Assembly (NCBI GenBank): GCA_965226495.1
Contig: OZ245365.1
Span: 1,984,001 to 2,048,000 of the forward strand
DNA: 64,000 nt
Direction: 5' to 3'
Source: Candidatus Marinacidobacterales bacterium
Lineage (GTDB): Bacteria; Acidobacteriota; Vicinamibacteria; Marinacidobacterales; DATDRI01
Shown here: in pieces, positions 41,574 through 50,984 of the stretch
How the letters are laid out: each line of letters begins with the position of its first letter
Position numbering within the stretch: position 1 is the first letter of the stretch
Notes under the pieces: model-generated
Seen by the model: the letters and a program-made list of their open reading frames with translations, nothing else
Databases searched by the model: none
What the model was told of the DNA's origin: nothing
Translations under genes and position numbers: made by a program

Positions 41574-42014
41574 GTGCCCGGGCTCGACATTCAGCAGATC
41601 ATGGAGCGGCTTCCGCACCGCTACCCTTTGCTCCTCGTGGATCGAGTGCTTGAGCTGGATCCCGGCCGTCGCATCGTGGCCCTCAAGAACGTCACCTTCA
41701 ACGAGGAGTTTTTCCAGGGGCACTTCCCGGGCCTCCCTTTGATGCCGGGCGTTCTCATTTTGGAGGCTATGGCCCAGGCGGGTGGGATCTTGGTCCTTCC
41801 CGAGGGCGGTAGTGCAGTGGGAAAAACCTTTTACCTTGTGGGTGTCGATAATGCCAAGTTTCGGCGTACCGTCGTTCCCGGAGATCAGCTCACCATCAAG
41901 GTGAGAGTTACCAAGGCGCGCGGTAACTTCCGTAAGTTATCGGGGCAGGTCGAGGTCGATGGTCAACTCGCCGCGGAGGCCGAGCTAACCCTTACCGGAG
42001 TGGATCCCGCATGA
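41574..42014 (+). CDS. fabZ: 3-hydroxyacyl-ACP dehydratase
   Basis: [32 protein letters not shown]; start approximate. Confidence 0.95.
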   Translation: MPGLDIQQIMERLPHRYPLLLVDRVLELDPGRRIVALKNVTFNEEFFQGHFPGLPLMPGVLILEAMAQAGGILVLPEGGSAVGKTFYLVGVDNAKFRRTVVPGDQLTIKVRVTKARGNFRKLSGQVEVDGQLAAEAELTLTGVDPA

Positions 42015-42826
42015 AAGCGGCGACCGTAGAGTGTCACCCCACGGCGATCGTGCATCCGGGCACTCGGATGGCGGATGGAGTTCGTGTCGGTGCGTACGCC
42101 GTGATTGGCGAGCACGTTACGATCGGCCGGGACACGGTGGTGGAAGTGAACTCGGTCGTCGATGGCTATACGACGATCGGGGAGCGCTGTCGGGTGTTCC
42201 CGTTTGCGTCGATCGGCTTGGAACCCCAGGACCTGAAGTTCCGAGGCGAAAAGTCCACCCTCGAGATAGGCAACGACAACGTATTCCGCGAGTTTGTGAC
42301 CATTCATCGTGGCACTGTCGGGGGAGGGGGCCGTACTGTTATTGGCGACTCCAACCTCTTCATGGCCTACACTCATATCGCCCACGATTGCATCGTTGGC
42401 GATTCCACCGTCTTTGCGAATGGCGCGACCCTGGCCGGCCATGTGCTGGTCGAGGATCACGCGACCATCGGGGCTTACAGCGGAGTCCATCAGTTCTGTC
42501 GCGTCGGTCCCTATGCCTTCGTAGGTGGCTATACGGTTGTGACTCAAGACGTATTGCCGTTTTCGCGAACGGTCGGCAATCGCGCTCGTCTGTACGGAAT
42601 CAATACCGTGGGTTTGGCGCGGCGTCAGTTCTCTCGAGAACGCATCTCTGGTCTCCGTCACGCATTTCGTATCCTGCAGCAGTCGAAGCTCAATGTCTCG
42701 CAGGCCGTCGCTCGCCTCGAAGCTGAATTGGCGAACGAGGATGTCCGCCTCCTGGTGGACTTCATTCGCTCCTCCAAAAGGGGTGTCGTGATCAAGCGTG
42801 GCCGAGAGCGAGGCGAACCGGTGTGA
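42011..42826 (+). CDS. lpxA: UDP-N-acetylglucosamine acyltransferase
   Basis: Hexapeptide repeats, [26 protein letters not shown]. Confidence 0.95.
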   Translation: MKAATVECHPTAIVHPGTRMADGVRVGAYAVIGEHVTIGRDTVVEVNSVVDGYTTIGERCRVFPFASIGLEPQDLKFRGEKSTLEIGNDNVFREFVTIHRGTVGGGGRTVIGDSNLFMAYTHIAHDCIVGDSTVFANGATLAGHVLVEDHATIGAYSGVHQFCRVGPYAFVGGYTVVTQDVLPFSRTVGNRARLYGINTVGLARRQFSRERISGLRHAFRILQQSKLNVSQAVARLEAELANEDVRLLVDFIRSSKRGVVIKRGRERGEPV

Positions 42827-43668
42827 GCTCTTCCGAGCCAGCCGATAGCCTACCGATACCCCCTGACAGCACGCTCGGCCTCATCGCCGGCAATGGCGAG
42901 TTCCCGCTACTCGTTCTGGACGAAGCGCGTCGGCGCGGCGTCGAGGTCGTCGCGCTCGCCATCGAGGGGGAGACGGACTCCCGCATCGAGGACCGGGGAG
43001 CCACCGTGCATTGGATCGGCCTCGGGGAGGTCAGCCGGTGCATCAAGTTGTTCAAAAAGGCGGGAGTGACTCGGGCGATCATGGCCGGGCAGGTGAAGCA
43101 CAAGAAGATCTTCCGATCCCTTCGGCCCGATCCCGGGCTGCTTCGCGTTTTGTCGCGAATGAAGTCTCGAAACACCGATGCGATACTCGGTGCGGTGGCG
43201 GACGTGCTGGCAGAAGAAGGCATTCAGTTGCTGGACTCGACATCGCTGCTGCGTTCTTGGGTTGCGACGGAAGGAGTCTTGGGAAAGCGAAAGCCGAGCG
43301 CGGGAGAGAAGAAAGACATTGCGTTCGGTTTGCGAATGGCTCGTGAGATAGCGCGACTCGACGTCGGACAAACGGTGGTGGTCAGAGGCGGAGCCGTGGT
43401 TGCAGTGGAGGCGATGGAGGGAACCGACGAGACCATCCGGAGGGCGGGCGGCATCGTTTCCGGCGGCTTGACGGTGGCGAAGGTAGCTCGGCCCTCTCAG
43501 GACATGCGATTCGACGTGCCGGTGGTTGGTCCACGGACCATTGAAGTCATGGCCGATGTCGGCTGTGTGGTGTTGGCTTTGCAAGCCGAGAGGACTCTGC
43601 TGTTGGAGCGGGAAACACTAGTGGAGAAGGCCAACGATTCCAAGATCGTCGTCATTGGAGCGGTGTAG
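42823..43668 (+). CDS. lpxI: UDP-2,3-diacylglucosamine diphosphatase LpxI
   Basis: LGLIAGNGEFP, DVGQTVV, AVEAMEGTD, QDMRFDVPVVG. Confidence 0.92.
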   Translation: MSSSEPADSLPIPPDSTLGLIAGNGEFPLLVLDEARRRGVEVVALAIEGETDSRIEDRGATVHWIGLGEVSRCIKLFKKAGVTRAIMAGQVKHKKIFRSLRPDPGLLRVLSRMKSRNTDAILGAVADVLAEEGIQLLDSTSLLRSWVATEGVLGKRKPSAGEKKDIAFGLRMAREIARLDVGQTVVVRGGAVVAVEAMEGTDETIRRAGGIVSGGLTVAKVARPSQDMRFDVPVVGPRTIEVMADVGCVVLALQAERTLLLERETLVEKANDSKIVVIGAV

Positions 43669-43674
43669 TCGCCA

Positions 43675-44640
43675 GTGAGTCGAAAAAGTGGCTCAGGCGG
43701 CGAGGGGCCGGTCCCGGTAGCGGTCGTCGGGGTTGGCGCTCTGGGGAGTCGTCACGCCCGCGTCTATTCCGATCTGCCTGGGGCCGAGCTCGTCGGTGTT
43801 GCGGATCTCGATCTCGATAGAGCCCGATCGGTTGCCGACAAGTACGGGGTGGCCGCCACGACGGATTACCGCGAGTTTCTTTCCCGAGTTAGAGCCGCAA
43901 GCGTCACCGTGCCCACCGTCGCCCACCGTGAAGTCGCGGTCGACCTCATGGAGGCGGGGGTAGACGTCTTGGTCGAAAAGCCGATGGCCGCGGCCTTGGA
44001 TGAGGCGGAAGAGATGATAGACACGGCTCGCGAGAACGAAAGAGTCCTCGGGGTGGGCCACACCGAGCGATACAACCCTGCGGTCGAGGCGCTTCTCGAT
44101 TACTGCAGAGATCCTCGCTTCATTGAGGTCCACCGCCTTGCATCTTTCAACCCGCGGAGCTTGGATATCGACGTCGTCTTGGACCTAATGATTCACGATC
44201 TCGACGTGGTCGGCTCGCTCGTTCGATCCGACATTCAACACGTCGAGGCGATTGGGGTGCCGGTCTTGACGGAAAGAGCGGATATCGCCAACGCCCGCCT
44301 CCGGTTCAAATCTGGCTGTGTCGCGAACTTGACCGCAAGCCGCATATCCCAGGAGAAAATGCGGAAGTTGCGGGTCTGGGAACGGGAGAGTTATGTGTCG
44401 CTGGACTACCTCGCTCAGGAAGCCTGGTCCTACCGGTTGGAGAGAAGTGAGGGGATGCCCCAAGTGGTGCGGCAGAAGCTACCGGCCGAGAACCAGGAGC
44501 CACTCAAGCGAGAATTGGAAGACTTTCTAGCGGCGGTCATCGTCCGCGGCACGCCCCGCGTTTCTGGCGAGGACGGGCTGAAAGCGCTTCGATTGGCGCA
44601 TCTTGTGATAGGGGCGATGGAGGAGAACGGTGGTGCCTAG
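43675..44640 (+). CDS. Gfo/Idh/MocA oxidoreductase, GnnA-like (UDP-GlcNAc 3-dehydrogenase)
   Basis: GVGALG..HAR, LVEKP, GH.ER.NP, FIEVHRL, DVVLDLMIHD; located in the lpx operon. Confidence 0.8.
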   Translation: MSRKSGSGGEGPVPVAVVGVGALGSRHARVYSDLPGAELVGVADLDLDRARSVADKYGVAATTDYREFLSRVRAASVTVPTVAHREVAVDLMEAGVDVLVEKPMAAALDEAEEMIDTARENERVLGVGHTERYNPAVEALLDYCRDPRFIEVHRLASFNPRSLDIDVVLDLMIHDLDVVGSLVRSDIQHVEAIGVPVLTERADIANARLRFKSGCVANLTASRISQEKMRKLRVWERESYVSLDYLAQEAWSYRLERSEGMPQVVRQKLPAENQEPLKRELEDFLAAVIVRGTPRVSGEDGLKALRLAHLVIGAMEENGGA

Positions 44641-44663
44641 ATCCTGGTGGCCGTCAAAATACC

Positions 44664-44750
44664 GAGTTGCCAGTATCGGGCTAGCCACACGGGCTTGCAG
44701 CCCGTGGACTAGGCGCCATAGTGTTCCGTTGCCACAATCGGTTTGGCCGG
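44664..44750 (+). repeat. Paired GTTGCC-N3-ATCGG-N-(C/T)T(A/G)G motif with internal hairpin (family C, site 1)
   Basis: GAGTTGCCAGTATCGGGCTAGCCA matches 59802-59825 at 21 of 24 positions; CACGGGC-ttgca-GCCCGTG hairpin follows. Confidence 0.6.
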
Positions 44751-44827
44751 GCGCCTCCCGCTGGCTATAATCCAAAAGACCCTCACATTCAGCAACTTCG
44801 AGCGACAGGGTCACGCGAGACACGCTA

Positions 44828-46018
44828 TTGCACCGCACCAAGTACGGACATGGAAGGCAGCTCGCGGGTATCCGTCGGGGTTCGCCGGTTGCGCCGAAGA
44901 GAAGATCGCGCAAGAGTTCGGCCGAGGTAGAGCCTCCTCAGCACGGACTCGGGTTCGAGGCCTTCATTCCTCTTGCCGATCGCGAGCAGTTTCCTTTCCC
45001 TCGACTTCTCGGTCCCGCCGCCGGCGTCGAACTGACGGTTTCAGAAGGCCTTGCACTCAGCAGCAGCCGCCGAGAAGGGTTTCTGGCCTCGACCATTCTC
45101 CACTTGATCCTCTTCATCATTGTGATCGTGAAGCCCGACTTGTTGGCCCCCTCCGATCGTGCGCTCAACATACCTGAAGAGGAAAAGGCACCTCTGGTCT
45201 TGTTTATGGAGCCGCCCGCTCCCGCTTCTGGTTCGCCGCTTGTCGTGCCCGCTCTCCCTCCTCCTCCTCAATCTCAGAATCCCAATCGAATGATGATTCC
45301 CAAGGCGACGAAGCCCGCCCCGCCCGACAAACGACAGGACTTCCAAACCGATTTACCATTCTCGGAAGGCAATGTAGACGAGTTTTACACCGAAAAAGAG
45401 CTCGAGGATCCCGGTGAGGAGGGTGATGAAGGTGAGCCGGACGCTCTCGAGGGCGAGGGAGAAGGAGAAGAGCAGACGGAAACCAAGCTTGCCGATCTAC
45501 TTCCGAAAGACCGGTTCTCATTTACGCAGCCGAGGGTGGAGCCCGAGCCACGAACACCACTTCCCCCGGCCGGCGGCAACGGCGATCTGGGTGAGGACGG
45601 TGGAGGAGGGCCATTCGAAGACATTCGTCGTTTCATGCAAGGTAAGCAATTTCACAACCCGGAAGGCGGCTTGGTCACCGGGCGCAACAACACGCTCTAC
45701 TACGACGACAAAGGAGCCGATTTCATACCCTGGCTTCGCCGCATGTTGGCGGAAGTGCGTCGCAATTGGTTGCCCCCCGTCTCGGCCTACTGGCAGTCTG
45801 GGCACGTCGCGGTGGCGGTCTCGGTTCTTCGCACCGGTGAGGTCAACGGGCTCCAGATCATGGTTCCTTCTGGAACCCGGGCACTGGATAATGCCGCCTC
45901 GGGCGCGCTTCGGGCCGCGCAATTGTTGCCGTTGCCTCCCGACTACCCCGACGCTCGCTTCGACTTCGTTCTCGTATTTTGGTACAACGAGCGCCCTTAC
46001 GATCTCTTCCCGCGCTAG
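44828..46018 (+). CDS. TonB/TolA C-terminal domain protein (second energy-transducer-like gene)
   Basis: TM with STILH, Pro/Glu-rich linker, VRRNW...SG...LDNAA..AL...LPLP.DYP. Start uncertain; TATAAT at 44766. Confidence 0.75.
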   Translation: MHRTKYGHGRQLAGIRRGSPVAPKRRSRKSSAEVEPPQHGLGFEAFIPLADREQFPFPRLLGPAAGVELTVSEGLALSSSRREGFLASTILHLILFIIVIVKPDLLAPSDRALNIPEEEKAPLVLFMEPPAPASGSPLVVPALPPPPQSQNPNRMMIPKATKPAPPDKRQDFQTDLPFSEGNVDEFYTEKELEDPGEEGDEGEPDALEGEGEGEEQTETKLADLLPKDRFSFTQPRVEPEPRTPLPPAGGNGDLGEDGGGGPFEDIRRFMQGKQFHNPEGGLVTGRNNTLYYDDKGADFIPWLRRMLAEVRRNWLPPVSAYWQSGHVAVAVSVLRTGEVNGLQIMVPSGTRALDNAASGALRAAQLLPLPPDYPDARFDFVLVFWYNERPYDLFPR

Positions 46019-48267
46019 TGCCTCGCAAATCAGTCCTGTTCTCGCTGTTTGTCGTCTCCGCTTGTGGCGGCAAAGCGCCCCCGCCCGCGCCACCACCGCA
46101 ATCCGTGCCTCCGGCGGCCGCAGCTCCCGCTAGCTCCGGGGAAACCGAGGTTCCCTCGCTACCGATTCCGATTGACCGTTTGGCGCCTCGACCCCGGATC
46201 CGAGTCGGGCTCACGACGCGAGCCGAGGTGGTTCGATTGACGGCGCCGCAACCCTTCTTCCTATCCGCCGGCGACCAGAAGTTACGGACACACGATCTGC
46301 TCGTGGAGAGGGAACTGTTAGTGGGCGCCGAAGGAGTCGTTTTCCGTGTACAAATTGCGTCGTCACCGGACCGCGAACGGGCGGAGAATCTCTTGCGAAC
46401 GATCGAAGACGAAACGGGAACTTCTGGAGACATAGCCCGGGAGGCGAGCAGCGGAAGGTTCGCAGTCCGTGTTGGCAGCTGGAGTACCCGGCAGGGGGCC
46501 GCGGCAGAAAAAGAGGCGCTGGCGCGAAAAGGCTACGAGGGTTTACGAGTCGTTTCCGAGCCCTCGAGCTCCCAGCGCCCGCGACGCCTTGTGTTGCGAC
46601 CGAGGGGGTCCCCTCCAATTTTCACCAGTGAGATGGCGCTGACGGCCTGGCCGGCCTCGTCCGACGCGTGGCTCGAAGTGGACGAGGCGCCGTATCGTGG
46701 AGTGATCGAGATTCGCGTGAATGCCTCGAACCGTTTCACGGTGATCAACGAGTTGAACCTCGAGGATTACTTGAAGGGCGTTGTTCCTGCAGAGCTATCG
46801 CCGGCGGTTTTTCCTGAGCTCGAAGCCATCAAGGCGCAGGCCGTCGCCGCTCGCACATATGCCGTGAAACACCGTGGGCAATTTCGCGCCGAGGGGTTCG
46901 ACATATGTGATACACCGGCCTGCCAGGTTTACCAAGGTGCGGGAGTCGAACAACGTATGAGCAACGAGGCCGTCGCCGCCACGCGGGGGGAGTTGTTGAC
47001 CTATGAGGGCAAGCCGGTGGATGCGATGTACACGTCGACTTGCGGCGGACGTACGGAAAACGTCGAGAACGTGTTCAACGGTGCTTCTTTTCCTTATCTC
47101 GTGAGCAAGCTGTGTTATCAGGAATCGCCCATCGTCGAGGTTCGCGCCACGGTGTCCAAGCCGTCGAGCCCCGAGTTGGCCGGCGCGGTGACTCTCGGTG
47201 TGATACCCGAGGGGGAGCTTGCGGCATTGGAAGTGTCTCAGCCGGCCACGGAGACCGAGTTTGCCCGCTGGTCGGCGAGCGCGTTTAGGAGCTTGGGGCA
47301 AAAACAATGCAAGGCGATTTCGGAAGGAAACGGAGAGGTGAGCGCCGGCCAGTTCGCCCGTTCCCTTGCGGGCGCTCTCTGCTGGGAGGGGCGACTTCCA
47401 TTTCTGCTGTCGAACCTGGATACCGATCGTTTGGTGCCAACCGTGGATGCCCCTAACCTTTCTGCGGGGGAGCGACGCATGCTCGCCCACTGGATCGAAG
47501 AAGGGGTGGTTCAGCCTCCCAAGGATGGATTGGATCCGCAACGAGCGCTGTCTCGGCGCGAGGTATTGGAGAGTCTCTATCGCCTTCTTATCACTCGCGG
47601 TGAGCCTCTGTTGCGCTCGGCCCGCTTCCTCGGCCTCGAGGACGCGCAGCTGCGGTTGGAGGTGGACGATTCAGAGGAACTGTTGAAGCTCGCCCGGCGA
47701 CGCTATTTGTTTCGGCAGGTAGGCGACTGGACGTACTTTTCTCCGCATCTGTCCGTCATGCCGGGTGACCGCGTTCAGTTTCACGACGGTGACGAGGGCA
47801 TCGACCTTTTGGTGTTGCTATCGCGGGGTGGGAGTTTCGATCGTTCTTCGCGCTTTTCCCGGTGGGTGGTGAGAAAGACGAGTGCAGAGCTCACTGAGAG
47901 TGTCAGCGCCCGCGCTTCGGTTGGACAAGTGACCGACTTGAGGCCTTTGCGGTACGGCCGTTCCGGCCGAGTGGCGGAGCTCGAGGTGGTAGGTACGGAA
48001 GGCTCTACCGTGTTGATCGGCTTGGCCATCCGTCGGGGATTGGGCCTCCGGGAGAACCTCTTTTTCGTAGATCGCCAACTCGGCCCGGACGAGCAGGTGA
48101 CGGCCTGGGTCTTTACCGGCCGCGGATGGGGACACGGGGTAGGCCTTTGTCAGGTCGGCGCCTACGGAATGGCCGCCGCGGGTCATGATTATAGAGACAT
48201 CTTAGCTCATTACTATTCCGGCACGACGATTTCCCTCGACGTTCCGGTGACCTCCAAGGTACGCTGA
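46018..48267 (+). CDS. SpoIID/LytB-domain lipoprotein with SPOR-like domain
   Basis: Lipobox VSAC, FRVQIAS SPOR-like segment, LEDYLKGVVPAE, KAQAVAARTY, CQVY, STCGGRT, GRGWGHGVGLCQ.GA, IL.HYY. Confidence 0.88.
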   Translation: MPRKSVLFSLFVVSACGGKAPPPAPPPQSVPPAAAAPASSGETEVPSLPIPIDRLAPRPRIRVGLTTRAEVVRLTAPQPFFLSAGDQKLRTHDLLVERELLVGAEGVVFRVQIASSPDRERAENLLRTIEDETGTSGDIAREASSGRFAVRVGSWSTRQGAAAEKEALARKGYEGLRVVSEPSSSQRPRRLVLRPRGSPPIFTSEMALTAWPASSDAWLEVDEAPYRGVIEIRVNASNRFTVINELNLEDYLKGVVPAELSPAVFPELEAIKAQAVAARTYAVKHRGQFRAEGFDICDTPACQVYQGAGVEQRMSNEAVAATRGELLTYEGKPVDAMYTSTCGGRTENVENVFNGASFPYLVSKLCYQESPIVEVRATVSKPSSPELAGAVTLGVIPEGELAALEVSQPATETEFARWSASAFRSLGQKQCKAISEGNGEVSAGQFARSLAGALCWEGRLPFLLSNLDTDRLVPTVDAPNLSAGERRMLAHWIEEGVVQPPKDGLDPQRALSRREVLESLYRLLITRGEPLLRSARFLGLEDAQLRLEVDDSEELLKLARRRYLFRQVGDWTYFSPHLSVMPGDRVQFHDGDEGIDLLVLLSRGGSFDRSSRFSRWVVRKTSAELTESVSARASVGQVTDLRPLRYGRSGRVAELEVVGTEGSTVLIGLAIRRGLGLRENLFFVDRQLGPDEQVTAWVFTGRGWGHGVGLCQVGAYGMAAAGHDYRDILAHYYSGTTISLDVPVTSKVR

Positions 48268-48292
48268 GCGCTCTCACCGCCGCGCCCAGAAG

Positions 48293-48321
48293 TTGACAAG
48301 CTTCGCCGCCTCCAATAGCAT
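48293..48321 (+). promoter_or_regulatory. Sigma70-type promoter for the DUF4388-miaA-hfq-deoB unit
   Basis: TTGACA, 17 bp, TAGCAT. Confidence 0.6.
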
Positions 48322-48345
48322 TGTCGGATACCCAACCTGCCCATT

Positions 48346-49476
48346 ATGTCAGCATTCGAAGTAACTAGTGCGGAAGAGCTAACCAAGGGTGGCATCCTGC
48401 GGGGACGCCTCGCGGATGTCAGTCTTCCGGAGATGCTCATTTTTCTCAAGGTCTCTGAGAGGACCGGCGTACTCTCGGTAGTGCAGACTGGTGTGCGCAA
48501 GGCCCTCTATTTTCTCGAGGGGAATGTTGTGTTCGCGGCCTCCAGCTTGAGCCAGGACCGGCTCGGCGAGGTATTGCTGCGGGGCGGCAAGATCTCCGCC
48601 GACGAGTACCTACAGCTATCGCAACGAATCCGTGGGGGACAACGTCTGGGGAAGGCGCTCATCGAAAGCGGTGTGCTTGCTCCCCGCGACCTCTGGTGGG
48701 GAATCGAGCAACAGGTGCGGGAGATCGTGTGGGGTCTCTTCACGTGGGAAGAGGGCTCCTTTCAGTTCGAGGAAAGCGACCGGCCGCGCGGCGAAAAAAT
48801 CACCATCAATCTCGAGGTCGAGAGCCTGATCGTCGAGGGAATCCGCCGCATCAGTGGTTCTGGAGCGATCAGCAGCCATTTCGTTCCGGTAGACACGATT
48901 CTGGAAAGAGCCGAGAAGATGTCACCGATTGCCCTGGAAGCCTACGAAGAGCACGTCGTGCGACACGTGAACGGCCTTCGAACGGTTGCCGAGATCTGCA
49001 AGGAGAGCGAGATCGGGGAGGCGGAAACCCGTAAAGTGCTCTATGCTTTCATGTCGGTGGGGGTCGTATCAGTCAAGGGACGCAAGCATGCACCGCTCGA
49101 TCCGGAAGCTATCGAGCGGGCCGACTATCGGGGAATGGTCGAGCTCTACAACGAAATGTACAAATATCTGTTTCGCCACATGTCGGGCGAAGTGGGTCCG
49201 ATTGCAGAGATCATCCTCGAGAAGTACTTGGGCGAGCTGAAAGGACGACCGCACTCGCTTTTCGAACGGGCGAGGTTGCGCCGGGACGGCTCCCTCGATC
49301 CACACCAGATCGAATTGAATGTGTCGCGTTTGAAACCGTTCGAACGTCGGAACCATTTGGTCGAAGCCCTCAATGAGCTTCTTTATGCGGAGCTCCTGGC
49401 CGTCAAACGAACGCTTGGCGCATCTCATGAGGCTCAACTCATCCAGAGTTTCCGGACGATGAGGGGAGATAAGTGA
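48346..49476 (+). CDS. DUF4388 (PatA-N-like) domain protein
   Basis: LRGRLADVSLPEML, RTGVL, YFLEG.VVFA.S, RLGEVL, LFTWEEG.F.F, LIVEGIRR. Confidence 0.82.
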   Translation: MSAFEVTSAEELTKGGILRGRLADVSLPEMLIFLKVSERTGVLSVVQTGVRKALYFLEGNVVFAASSLSQDRLGEVLLRGGKISADEYLQLSQRIRGGQRLGKALIESGVLAPRDLWWGIEQQVREIVWGLFTWEEGSFQFEESDRPRGEKITINLEVESLIVEGIRRISGSGAISSHFVPVDTILERAEKMSPIALEAYEEHVVRHVNGLRTVAEICKESEIGEAETRKVLYAFMSVGVVSVKGRKHAPLDPEAIERADYRGMVELYNEMYKYLFRHMSGEVGPIAEIILEKYLGELKGRPHSLFERARLRRDGSLDPHQIELNVSRLKPFERRNHLVEALNELLYAELLAVKRTLGASHEAQLIQSFRTMRGDK

Positions 49477-49655
49477 GCTCGCGTGGGTTCCTCGGACGCC
49501 GGTTTCCGCGTGACTGGACGAAAGCGGCTCAATCTCTCTTGAATCGTGCTGAAGCTTCCTCACTTCCCAGACTCCAAACGGCGGAAATCTACGGGGCGAT
49601 CACGCTGGGCGGGTTACTCGTCCTTCTCCTCATCGGACGCTGGCTCATCGGATGA
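49473..49655 (+). CDS. Small single-TM hypothetical protein
   Basis: 60 aa with C-terminal TM; 4-bp overlaps with both neighbours suggest translational coupling. Confidence 0.6.
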   Translation: MSSRGFLGRRFPRDWTKAAQSLLNRAEASSLPRLQTAEIYGAITLGGLLVLLLIGRWLIG

Positions 49656-50734
49656 GACCGTCGAGTCTGGTTGCTATAGTCGGACCTACCGGTTCTGGTA
49701 AGAGTGCGTTGGCGTTACGCCTTGCCGAAGTATTCGGTGGAGAGATCGTTGGTTGCGACGCGCTTCAAGTTTACAGGGGAGCGGACATCGGAACCGGAAA
49801 GTTGGCCGTCTCCGAGCGTAGAGGAATTCCCCACCATCTTCTCGACGTTGCCGACCCGTCCCGCGATTTCTCGGCTGCGAGCTACATTCGACTCGCGGCG
49901 CCGATCGTCAAGGATATCGACCAGCGCGGCGGACTACCTCTCGTGGTCGGAGGGACGGGACTTTATTTGAGGGCGCTGCTTCACGGTTTGTTCGATGGAC
50001 CGGGTCGAGACCCCAAGCTACGGAGCCGGCTCGCAGCCATCGCGGGTCGTCGCGGCTCTCGATTCGTTCACCGTATGTTGTTGCGTCTCGATCCCGTGTC
50101 TGCGAAACGGATTCACGAGAACGATACGGTGCGGGCCGTTCGGGCCTTGGAAGTCAGTCTACTAGCCAAGCGCCCGATGAGCGATATGATGAGAGAGCGA
50201 ACGAGACCTCTGATAGGCTACCGCGTCGTTATAATTGGGATCACGCCAGCTCGGCAAGAACTGGCTGGTCGGATCGAAGCTCGGATCGCCGAGATGTTCG
50301 CCGGCGGATTGATCGACGAAGTGCGGGGTCTGGTGAGCGAGTTCGGCTCCGACGCGCCGGTACTCAAGGCGATCGGCTATCGTCAGGTGGCACAGTACCT
50401 CGCGGGTGAGTGCAATCTCGAAAGGGCACGACACTTGACTCTCAAGGCGACGCTTCAATACGCGAAACGTCAAATGACCTGGTTTCGCCGGGAAGAGGGT
50501 GTGGTTTGGTTCGCCGGTAGCGGTAATGAGCCTGAAGTAGTGGAGGCAATTGAGCAATACCTCGGTAGCCAAATAAAGACTCTTCATCCATTAATCCCGC
50601 TCCCTTCCGCCTCGGCTGCAGCTTCGGCGAGACCACGCCATAGCCGTTGTCACGCGGAGTATTCCAACGGCGAAGGCGGGTTGGGAGAGGGTCTGGGTGA
50701 GGGAGAAGGGGTGCATGCAAAAACAGCCTCCTAA
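49652..50734 (+). CDS. miaA: tRNA dimethylallyltransferase with repeat-derived C-terminal tail
   Basis: GPTGSGKS, DALQVY, PHHLLD, VGGTGLY, AIGYRQ, YAKRQMTWF. Confidence 0.95.
   Translation: MRPSSLVAIVGPTGSGKSALALRLAEVFGGEIVGCDALQVYRGADIGTGKLAVSERRGIPHHLLDVADPSRDFSAASYIRLAAPIVKDIDQRGGLPLVVGGTGLYLRALLHGLFDGPGRDPKLRSRLAAIAGRRGSRFVHRMLLRLDPVSAKRIHENDTVRAVRALEVSLLAKRPMSDMMRERTRPLIGYRVVIIGITPARQELAGRIEARIAEMFAGGLIDEVRGLVSEFGSDAPVLKAIGYRQVAQYLAGECNLERARHLTLKATLQYAKRQMTWFRREEGVVWFAGSGNEPEVVEAIEQYLGSQIKTLHPLIPLPSASAAASARPRHSRCHAEYSNGEGGLGEGLGEGEGVHAKTAS
50596..50703 (+). repeat. Family B REP-like element with a second palindromic element in its loop
   Basis: CCCGCTCCC-tt-[CCGCC...GCTTCGGCG...GGCGAAGGCGG]-gtt-GGGAGAGGG-tct-GGGTGAGGG; compare 31298-31371. 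Confidence 0.65.
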
Positions 50735-50978
50735 TATTCAAGATAGTTTCTTGAATCATGCCCGGCGCGAGCGGGTAAGCGTGATCGTTTATTTGATGAA
50801 CGGAACGAAACTCAGCGGGCGTATCAAGAGCTTCGATCGTTTTGCCATCATCATGGAAAACAACGGTATCGACCAGATGATCTTCAAGCACGCTATCTCT
50901 ACTATCAGCGGCACGAGGCAGTTCGGAAACTATCTCAACATGGACCCGGTAGTAGGAGATGCGGAGACGAAAGACTGA
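50715..50978 (+). CDS. hfq: RNA chaperone Hfq
   Basis: NIQDSFLN, YLMNG.KL.G.I.SFD.F, MIFKHAISTI. Confidence 0.95.
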   Translation: MQKQPPNIQDSFLNHARRERVSVIVYLMNGTKLSGRIKSFDRFAIIMENNGIDQMIFKHAISTISGTRQFGNYLNMDPVVGDAETKD

Positions 50979-50984
50979 AGGCGC

